43,869 nt of DNA. Origin: an uncultured bacterium (lineage in GTDB: Bacteria > Patescibacteriota > Patescibacteriia > UBA1558 > GWA2-36-10). A program made the translations under genes and the position numbers. Each line of letters opens with the position of its first letter. Position 1 is the stretch's first letter. This document shows, piece by piece, positions 8,350 through 15,344 of the stretch. The stretch covers positions 1 to 43,869 of the forward strand of contig CALMZN010000018.1 of the NCBI GenBank assembly GCA_937870675.1, written 5' to 3'. Below the pieces are notes generated by a model. The model was not told where the DNA came from, searched no databases, and saw only the letters and a program-made list of their open reading frames with translations.

Positions 8350-9411
8350 TTAATACAAGTTTATTTTTCTTTGGCTACTTTCAGCCAAGCTCAAATAGCG
8401 ATCTATTTCTTCGATCAATTCACCTAGGGGGTGAATGGCTGACTTGGCATAAAAAAGCAACAAAGTGGTGCGCAAAACTACCCAGGCCTGATATAAATTT
8501 ATTCTATTCAAATCATTGATATCAATATCTTCAAATTTTTTATTAAAATAATATTCCAAAAAAATAGTTTTATACTTATTTATATTAGCCCTACTCAAAC
8601 ACTCAAAGCCCATAAAATCTATCTGCTGAATAAACGACCCCAAGTCCACCATAGGATCACCCAATGACAAATCAGTAAAATCAATAACTTTTATTTTATC
8701 TGGCTCCAACTTTTTTACAATAATATTTTCTGGGTGATAATCACCGTGTATAATAGATACCGGAAAAGTGTTGAAATTTTTTTTCTTCAAATCAGCCAAG
8801 CGATGAAAAGTACTATCCAAACGCTGACCTAATTCCGGATAAACTTTGCTCATGTCATCCAAAAACTTCTGTGGCTTGGGTGACATTTCGCTAAAATCAA
8901 AAAAAACAAACTTACTGTCTTGATCAACTGGGCAATCGTGCATTTTTTTTATCCACCTAGCCGCCAGATTCAAGATCGCTGAAAAATCTTGATCGGGCTT
9001 TTCTTGCATAACTTTGCGAAAAGTGCGACCCAGCACTGCTTCATAAAAAAAAGCAAACTGCCCATCAAGATAAAATAAGGGTCGGCCAACCAAAAAATTG
9101 CCTTGATCAAAACCATGATCATATAAATAACTTTGGCCATAAAAAGATCTTGTTCTAGAGCCATCCGAGTGCGCCGAAGAAAACAAGTTAATTTTTTTTA
9201 TTTTTTCATCTATTGTTAAATAATTTAACACATATTCCACCACCATTATCATGCTGGTTTTGCCAACGTGACGCTTGTAGGGATGAAAAATAAGGCCATC
9301 TACTTGCTTAAAATCTGGATAAAATTTATTGAGCCGTTGATTAAACAAGGCCATAATAAAATCCTGGTCCAGCAATTTGTCCATGTTCTGCTTAATGCTT
9401 GTGATCTTCAT
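8350..9411 (-). CDS. Aminoglycoside-phosphotransferase-fold (APH/choline-kinase-like) kinase, substrate unknown
   Basis: 353 aa. It has the catalytic loop IIHGDYHPENIIV and the metal-binding IDFTDLSLGDP. It is embedded between glycogen genes. Confidence 0.65.
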   Translation of the reverse strand: MKITSIKQNMDKLLDQDFIMALFNQRLNKFYPDFKQVDGLIFHPYKRHVGKTSMIMVVEYVLNYLTIDEKIKKINLFSSAHSDGSRTRSFYGQSYLYDHGFDQGNFLVGRPLFYLDGQFAFFYEAVLGRTFRKVMQEKPDQDFSAILNLAARWIKKMHDCPVDQDSKFVFFDFSEMSPKPQKFLDDMSKVYPELGQRLDSTFHRLADLKKKNFNTFPVSIIHGDYHPENIIVKKLEPDKIKVIDFTDLSLGDPMVDLGSFIQQIDFMGFECLSRANINKYKTIFLEYYFNKKFEDIDINDLNRINLYQAWVVLRTTLLLFYAKSAIHPLGELIEEIDRYLSLAESSQRKINLY

Positions 9412-9516
9412 CCCGTTGCAAATTATTTAATAAAATGTTTAAAAAAATAAAGGTGAAACAATTATTTATAATTCCTACTTTTGCCCGTTACATTGTGTGG
9501 TAAATTTGCAACGGGA
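9411..9516. repeat. 14-nt perfect inverted repeat spanning the GH57-kinase intergenic region
   Basis: The plus strand has TCCCGTTGCAAATT at 9411-9424 and AATTTGCAACGGGA at 9503-9516. A third partner, CCCGTT, lies at 9484-9489. Confidence 0.9.
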
Positions 9517-9522
9517 TAAATA

Positions 9523-10674
9523 TTATTTGCTATATTTTTTCCAATGAATCATCCAGGTGTTTTTTTTGACTTCCAAATATAACTTCTCGGCTTGTATTTT
9601 TTCTTGGCTTGTTGCTCGCTGTAGAGATCGCACACTACGCACCAACTCTTCAACACCATTGTCAATCATGTCTGGATGCCAAGTCAAGGGAGAAAAGTCG
9701 GAGGGCTTCCTAGCTGAAGCCCACCAAAAAGTGCAAGAAATCAAACCCTGATCAAGATGCATTCTGGCCCATTGAAAACTAGGATCTTTTTTGTATTTTT
9801 TTAGCAACTTACTAGCTAGAGCAACTAAGGCCCATAAGTCCCGCTGGATTTTATTGCGTGGATCAGACCACATTACAAAGGGCTTATTAGATTTTAGCTC
9901 TTGTGCTGTTGACTCCCAAGTTCCTGGACGCAAAACAATAGTTTTTTTCTTACTTAGTCCAAGTATATATTGAGACACTGTTTTGCTTTCCAAATTTTTA
10001 TTAGAAATCACTTTTTCAATATGCCCCTGCCAATCTTCATGGCGATGACCATATATTTCACCATCAGTAGCGGTGATTATTGTTTCATTGGCCGTTATTT
10101 TTTCTAGCTTATGATAAATCTCTTCGGCTGGATATTTTTTTGATATTATTCTATCGCGAAAAATAACTGACAAACCAATATTTTTAATACTATAGTGTAT
10201 ATTATTATCAATCTTTTCGTTGGCGCATATTGGATCTAGTATTATCCATTTATAACCTAACCGCTTGATAATTTTTGCCACTCCTTGGCTATAGGCCATC
10301 TCCGGCAAATAAAAACCACTTGGTTTCAAATTTGGGAAAAACTTTTTTAAGGTCTCGGTGTTTAATTTTATTTGCCTAATTACTTCTTCTTGACTTAATA
10401 ATGGCAAAAGCGGGTGAAATTTGGCTGTGGCTGTTAATTCAATTTGTTTTCGGCTTACTAGCTTTTGTAATTCTTTGATCAAATCCGGCCGGATTTCAAA
10501 AAGCATGTCCAGTAAACAACCGCTGATATTTATAGTGGCTCGATATTTTGGATATTTTTTAAAAAGATAAACCAAATACTCGTAGCTTTGGCTAGCTATT
10601 TGCTGTACCACTCCGACTGTCTGCCATGGTGGCTGATAGATGTGTAAAAAGTTAACCCAAATTATCTTTTTCAT
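9523..10674 (-). CDS. Glycoside hydrolase family 57-like alpha-glucan-acting enzyme
   Basis: 383 aa. It has the N-terminal WVNFLHIYQPPWQ (the GH57 H-Q-P region) and ATDGEIYGHRHEDW (the D-x-E-x-[FY]-G-H region). Its start overlaps the upstream glgA paralog by 23 nt. Confidence 0.7.
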   Translation of the reverse strand: MKKIIWVNFLHIYQPPWQTVGVVQQIASQSYEYLVYLFKKYPKYRATINISGCLLDMLFEIRPDLIKELQKLVSRKQIELTATAKFHPLLPLLSQEEVIRQIKLNTETLKKFFPNLKPSGFYLPEMAYSQGVAKIIKRLGYKWIILDPICANEKIDNNIHYSIKNIGLSVIFRDRIISKKYPAEEIYHKLEKITANETIITATDGEIYGHRHEDWQGHIEKVISNKNLESKTVSQYILGLSKKKTIVLRPGTWESTAQELKSNKPFVMWSDPRNKIQRDLWALVALASKLLKKYKKDPSFQWARMHLDQGLISCTFWWASARKPSDFSPLTWHPDMIDNGVEELVRSVRSLQRATSQEKIQAEKLYLEVKKNTWMIHWKKYSK

Positions 10675-12139
10675 TTTTTATCTTAATAGCGTGCTGATAA
10701 AGCTCTAGATATTCTTTGGCCGGTATTTCCCAAGAATAGGAGGCCTTCATACCACGACAAGCCAAGTCGCGCCACACTTTTTTGTGTTTGTAGGTCTCCA
10801 GGGCTCTAGTCAAGGCAATCAAAAATTCTTTCTGATCGTAATTTTTGAAGGTAAAACCATTACTGGCCTCATTGTTTGGTTCAAAATTTTCTACTGTGTC
10901 ATTCAGGCCACCAGTTTGCCTGACAATGGGCACACAACCATAACGAAAACTAATCAGCTGATTGATACCGCAGGGCTCATGGTGTGATGGTAAAAGAAAC
11001 ATATCTGAACCAGCATAAACCAAGGTCTCATATTTTTGATTTTCCTTATGTGAAGGTATGACTGCCAATTGTTTGGGATATTTTTTGGCTAGTTTCATGA
11101 ATTCACTGATATAGCTTCTATCGCCAGCGCCGATGACAATTAGTTGAGCACCCATATCCATGATATTGCTGATCGTGCTCAATATCAACTCAAAGCCCTT
11201 TTGGTAAGTGACTCGCGAAGTGGTGCATAAAACTGGCGCGTCTTGGTCAATTTTAAGATTAAATAATTTTTGAATGCGCTCTTTGTTCACTTTTTTTCGT
11301 TGAATTTTTTTATGGTCATAATTCAATACCAAGTTAGGATCATTGATGGGATTATAATCCTTGTAGTCAATGCCATTGACAATGCCAAAAAGATTTTCTT
11401 TTCTATTTCTCAAAATGCGGTGCAAATCCTGCCCAAAACTTGGTTGCAATATTTCTTCGGCATAGGTCTCGGAAACCGTGTTGATAACATCGGCATTGAG
11501 AATGCCTCGTTTGGCAAAATTGATGTACTCAATTTTTTTATCACCAAACAATGGCAAAGTTTTAGTTCCCTTATCTTTATACTTCTCTGGCACTTCCCAC
11601 CAATTATGGCCCAGTTGAAATACCAAGTTATGAATGGTATAAACTGTGGCGGCCTTGGAAAGAGTTTCGCTTTTTTTGAAACGACTTTGCTTCAAATAGG
11701 GCACTAAACCAGAATGCCAATCATGACAATGAATAATATCAGCTTTGAATTTTAACAGTGATATTAATTTTAGAGCGGCTATATCAAAAAGATAAAAACG
11801 AGCATTTTCGTGCTCCGAACCATACAATTTTTTGTGACGAGAAAAATACTTTTCATTGCCAATAAAATATACTTTCAAACCCGGCAATAATTCGGCGCGC
11901 AAGTAGCTAACTGATTCTTCATTTTTGGCGTCAATATTTAATTTGACGTTGCTAAAAATTTTTTCTAACTTAAATTTTCCCTGGTCTATGACCTTGGCAT
12001 AAAACGGAGTAATAATAATCACCTCGTGCCCCAAGCGATGAAAGGCCTTGGGCAATGACCGCGCCACATCACCCAAACCACCAGTTTTGGAGTAAGGATG
12101 AACCTCGGCTGAAATTGAGACGATTTTTAATTTTTTCAT
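10652..12139 (-). CDS. glgA: Glycogen/starch synthase (GT5), paralog 2
   Basis: 495 aa. It has the motifs KTGGLGDVARSLPKAF and FLLPSHHEPCGINQLISFRYGCVPIV. Confidence 0.9.
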   Translation of the reverse strand: MKKLKIVSISAEVHPYSKTGGLGDVARSLPKAFHRLGHEVIIITPFYAKVIDQGKFKLEKIFSNVKLNIDAKNEESVSYLRAELLPGLKVYFIGNEKYFSRHKKLYGSEHENARFYLFDIAALKLISLLKFKADIIHCHDWHSGLVPYLKQSRFKKSETLSKAATVYTIHNLVFQLGHNWWEVPEKYKDKGTKTLPLFGDKKIEYINFAKRGILNADVINTVSETYAEEILQPSFGQDLHRILRNRKENLFGIVNGIDYKDYNPINDPNLVLNYDHKKIQRKKVNKERIQKLFNLKIDQDAPVLCTTSRVTYQKGFELILSTISNIMDMGAQLIVIGAGDRSYISEFMKLAKKYPKQLAVIPSHKENQKYETLVYAGSDMFLLPSHHEPCGINQLISFRYGCVPIVRQTGGLNDTVENFEPNNEASNGFTFKNYDQKEFLIALTRALETYKHKKVWRDLACRGMKASYSWEIPAKEYLELYQHAIKIKNEKDNLG

Positions 12140-12151
12140 CCCCTTAGAAAA

Positions 12152-12646
12152 CTAATTTATTATATATTTATTAAATGAAGCTCCGGCAATAGCAATGGCC
12201 AAAGCATCAGCCGCATCATCGGGCTTGGGTACAGCCGACAATTGCAACAGGGTTTTGACCATGACCCCAATTTGACGCTTACTGGCCTGTCCAGAGCCCG
12301 TCACTGCTTGTTTTACCTGCAAAGGCGTCAATTCCACCAAAGTTTTTTTCTGTTCAACAATGGCCAGTAGTAGCACTCCTCTGGCTTGACTGACATCAAT
12401 AGCTGTTTTGGTGTTTTTGGCGAAAAAAAGTTTTTCCACGGCCACTAAGTCAGGATCATATTCCTTTATCAAGCTACTTACTTCCAGATATATTTCTAAT
12501 ATCCGGCTAGAAAAATTTTTCCTAGCCGCGGTTTTTATACTGCCACAAGTCAGATAACGCAATTTATTGTTTTCACGACAAACCACACCAAAGCCAGTAT
12601 CGGCTAGTCCTGGATCAAATCCTAAAATAGTAAATTTTTTTGTCAT
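12152..12646 (-). CDS. ruvC: Holliday junction resolvase RuvC
   Basis: 164 aa. It has ILGFDPGLADTGFGVV at the N-terminus and DAADALAIAI near the C-terminus. Confidence 0.9.
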   Translation of the reverse strand: MTKKFTILGFDPGLADTGFGVVCRENNKLRYLTCGSIKTAARKNFSSRILEIYLEVSSLIKEYDPDLVAVEKLFFAKNTKTAIDVSQARGVLLLAIVEQKKTLVELTPLQVKQAVTGSGQASKRQIGVMVKTLLQLSAVPKPDDAADALAIAIAGASFNKYIIN

Positions 12647-12649
12647 GAT

Positions 12650-13354
12650 TTATATATTGGCGTTGGTATAGATGTTGTTGACATCGTCCAGCTCGTCCAG
12701 TTCATCCAATAATTTTATCAATTTTTCACTATCCTTTACTTCTACCTTATTTTTTGATAAATAAACCATTTCCGAAGAACTAATTTCAAAACCCATGTTT
12801 TGTAAATTATTTTTAATTTTTTCTAAATCATTTATTTCTGTAATCAGTTTGACTGGCTCTTCATTGATAACATCAATAAGGCCCATTTCAATGACTTGCA
12901 ACTCCTCTTGCTCGTTGAGCATTTTTTTATTCAAAATTATTTCACCTCTGATATCAAACATCCATAGCACGCTACCACTGCCGGCCAAACTGCCGTCATA
13001 TTTTCCCAAAATATGCTTGAGGGTAGCCACGGCTCGGTTTTTATTATCAGTAATGGCTTCTATCAATATAGCGACTCCCTCTGGCCCATAGGCCTCGTAC
13101 AATAAATTTTCAATATTACTATCGCCACCTACCCCAGTGGCTCTTTTGATGGCGCGCTCAATATTGTCTTTGGGCATATTATAATTACGGGCCTTATCAA
13201 TAGCGATGCGCAACTTAAAGTTTGTTTCTGGATCAACACCGTTTCTGGCGGCAATAGTTATATTTTTTGACAACTTAGTAAAAAGATTACCCCGCTTAGC
13301 GTCAATAGCTGATTTGGCTCTTTTGGTTGTTGCCCACTTGGAATGTCCACTCAT
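12650..13354 (-). CDS. yebC: YebC/PmpR-family DNA-binding regulator
   Basis: The ORF-track frame 12650..13396 is trimmed here to the Met of MSGHSKWATTKRAKSAIDAKRG, the canonical family N-terminus. The upstream 14 codons overlap the predicted -10 of its own promoter. Confidence 0.88.
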   Translation of the reverse strand: MSGHSKWATTKRAKSAIDAKRGNLFTKLSKNITIAARNGVDPETNFKLRIAIDKARNYNMPKDNIERAIKRATGVGGDSNIENLLYEAYGPEGVAILIEAITDNKNRAVATLKHILGKYDGSLAGSGSVLWMFDIRGEIILNKKMLNEQEELQVIEMGLIDVINEEPVKLITEINDLEKIKNNLQNMGFEISSSEMVYLSKNKVEVKDSEKLIKLLDELDELDDVNNIYTNANI

Positions 13355-13386
13355 AAAAACAAAATATAATCTTAATTTATGTAGGT

Positions 13387-13415
13387 ATCTTAACAATATT
13401 GGAGCAAAAAATCAA
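13387..13415 (-). promoter_or_regulatory. Candidate yebC-ruvC promoter, TTGATT-17 nt-TAAGAT
   Basis: The minus strand reads TTGATTttttgctccaatattgtTAAGAT, about 32 nt upstream of the MSGHSKW start. Confidence 0.5.
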
Positions 13416-13468
13416 CCATTTTTACTTATACACTTGACTTCGCTTTTGAATAATAATAAACTATAATC

Positions 13469-13555
13469 AGTTATAAACTCTTTGCTCTTGAGGAAAACCG
13501 CCCCGCCCCAAAAACACCGTATCTCCGCGCCCATGCCTGGCGGAGATATTTTTTT
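13469..13555 (+). ncRNA. Candidate ~85-nt small transcript (possible promoter followed by a good intrinsic terminator)
   Basis: A possible TTGACT-17 nt-TAAACT promoter lies at 13434-13462. A C-rich tract follows (CCGCCCCGCCCC, 13499-13510). The terminator has a 9-bp stem, TATCTCCGC/GCGGAGATA (13520-13528 and 13540-13548), followed by seven T (13549-13555). No plus-strand ORF ends here. Confidence 0.3.
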
Positions 13556-13695
13556 ATCGACGCCCTGAATGGGACTGAATGGGCGGAGATATTTTTTTAT
13601 CGACGCCCTGAATGGGACTGAATGGGCGGAGATATTTTGTTATCGACGCCCTTAGTCCGCCAGCTGGCGGATCGAATGAGCGGAGATATTTTTCT
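13541..13695. repeat. GC-rich tandem repeat: 43-bp unit x2 identical, then a diverged 54-bp unit and a partial fourth
   Basis: The unit CGGAGATATTTTTTTATCGACGCCCTGAATGGGACTGAATGGG occurs at 13541-13583 and identically at 13584-13626. The third unit (13627-13680) diverges after CGACGCCCT and contains the 16-bp palindrome TCCGCCAGCTGGCGGA. CGGAGATATTTTTC restarts at 13681. Confidence 0.92.
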
Positions 13696-13719
13696 TTTCT
13701 TTATTGTTTATTTTTTTTC

Positions 13720-13728
13720 TGATAGAAT
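13720..13728 (+). promoter_or_regulatory. Extended -10 (TGaTAGAAT) 6 nt upstream of the ATG of the GT-C membrane protein gene
   Basis: The sequence reads tcTGaTAGAATtgacccATG, with no room for a leader or an SD. Confidence 0.45.
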
Positions 13729-13734
13729 TGACCC

Positions 13735-15336
13735 ATGACAGCTGACGAGAAATGGCGAAAATTTAAAAAAACCTTTTTTCAGTTCAAACTAGACTATTGG
13801 CTGATTTTTCTGGTTTTAGCTTTTTATTATGCTTGCCTACAGTGGAATGGCTATATAGGCGACCCTGACGGCTTTTATCACGCCAAGATAGCTGATTTCC
13901 TAAGACAGGGTATATTACTCAAAGAACTGCCTTGGATGCAATACAGCTCAATTACTGAGCATTTTACTGATCACCACCTGCTTTACCATCTATTATTAGT
14001 GCCTTTTACTTACATTCAATCACCCCTGATCGGGGTCAAGGTGGCCACGGTATTTTTCGCCACTTTAATGGGGTTAACTTTCTACTGGTTATTTAAAAAA
14101 CTAAACATTGTCTGGCCGTGGCTGTGGACTTTTTTACTAATTAGCTTGCCAGATCTTACTTTTCGCCTAACTCTAATCAAAGTAAACAGTTTATCTTTAA
14201 TATTTATTTGCTTTTTTATTTACGGCTTGTATTACAAAAAACGCTGGCTGATTTTTACTTTGGGATTTCTTTTTGTGTGGCTCTATGGTGGCTGGCCGAT
14301 TGCCTTTTTGCTGGGACTTATTTTTTTGCTAGCTACAGCTATTTATGATTTTATACACCACAAAAAAATCAAGCTCTTTCACCAGCGCTTGCTCATATCT
14401 TGGGATGATAAAAATAAATTCATTGCTGATAAAAAAACCTTACTATTCTTGATGAGCGGTTTGTTGGCTGGCGTAATAATCAACCCCTACTTTCCTCATA
14501 ATCTAAAATTTTACTATGAACAATTTTTTCTAATCGGCGTCATCAACTATGGCTATCTTTTTTCTGTTGGCGGTGAGTGGTATGGTCGCTCAATCCCGCA
14601 GGTAATATATTCGGGCGATTATTTTTTTATTTTGGGAATCATAGCTATAATAATTTTGTTTTTCAATTACAAAAAAATTAGCCACTTAAGCTGGTTTAGC
14701 TTTTTGCTAAGCTTTTTATTTTTGTTATTGACCCTAAAATCATACCGTTTTATTGAATATTATCTTCCTTTTTTATTAATTTTTACAGCCAGCGCTTGGA
14801 CTGATATTGTTAAAAAAATTGGCTTCAAAACAATTACCAAAAACATCAAATCTCTGCTTGAGTGGCAAAAAATATTTTTGCTAATTTATTTAGCTATTTT
14901 TTGTATTATTGCCCAACCAAATATTTACAAAAAAATATTGGATACCAAAACACCCAAAGACCTCCCAATTGATCGTTATCAGTCAAGCGCCAATTGGCTA
15001 AAAAACAACACTCCAAAAAATAGCGTGGTCTTCCACGAGGATTGGGATGAATGGCCAATGCTTTTTTATTATAACGACCACAATTACTATATTGTCGGCT
15101 TAGATTTTTCTTTTATGTATTTTTCGCATCCGGCTTTACAAAAAAAATACATTGCTATCACCAAGGGCGATCTAAAAGACAACTTGGCTTGGGAAATAAA
15201 AAATGGTTTCAATGCTAGCTATATTTTTGTGGAAAAAACTCGGCACGAAAATCTGATCGCCAATATAAAAAAAGACCGGAATATTTCCTTGTCCTATGAA
15301 GATAAATATTTTCTAATTTACAAAATAGCTTACTAA
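13735..15336 (+). CDS. Polytopic GT-C-fold membrane glycosyltransferase-like protein (PMT_2/ArnT/STT3-like)
   Basis: 533 aa with at least 10 hydrophobic helices. An early-loop D-x-D motif (GDPDGFYH) is present, and the C-terminal soluble part contains HEDWDEWP. Confidence 0.6.
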   Translation: MTADEKWRKFKKTFFQFKLDYWLIFLVLAFYYACLQWNGYIGDPDGFYHAKIADFLRQGILLKELPWMQYSSITEHFTDHHLLYHLLLVPFTYIQSPLIGVKVATVFFATLMGLTFYWLFKKLNIVWPWLWTFLLISLPDLTFRLTLIKVNSLSLIFICFFIYGLYYKKRWLIFTLGFLFVWLYGGWPIAFLLGLIFLLATAIYDFIHHKKIKLFHQRLLISWDDKNKFIADKKTLLFLMSGLLAGVIINPYFPHNLKFYYEQFFLIGVINYGYLFSVGGEWYGRSIPQVIYSGDYFFILGIIAIIILFFNYKKISHLSWFSFLLSFLFLLLTLKSYRFIEYYLPFLLIFTASAWTDIVKKIGFKTITKNIKSLLEWQKIFLLIYLAIFCIIAQPNIYKKILDTKTPKDLPIDRYQSSANWLKNNTPKNSVVFHEDWDEWPMLFYYNDHNYYIVGLDFSFMYFSHPALQKKYIAITKGDLKDNLAWEIKNGFNASYIFVEKTRHENLIANIKKDRNISLSYEDKYFLIYKIAY

Positions 15337-15344
15337 CTTATTTA

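Noticed and set aside
13355-13396. N-terminal extension of YebC (MLRYLHKLRLYFVF) in the ORF track
   Set aside because: The family N-terminus is MSGHSKW. The extension also overlaps the predicted -10 (TAAGAT, 13392..13387) of the gene's own promoter.
13541-13695. Possible CRISPR array
   Set aside because: The repeats are directly abutting (43-bp period, no unique spacers), AT/GC-mosaic and only about 3.3 copies long. No cas genes are in the window.
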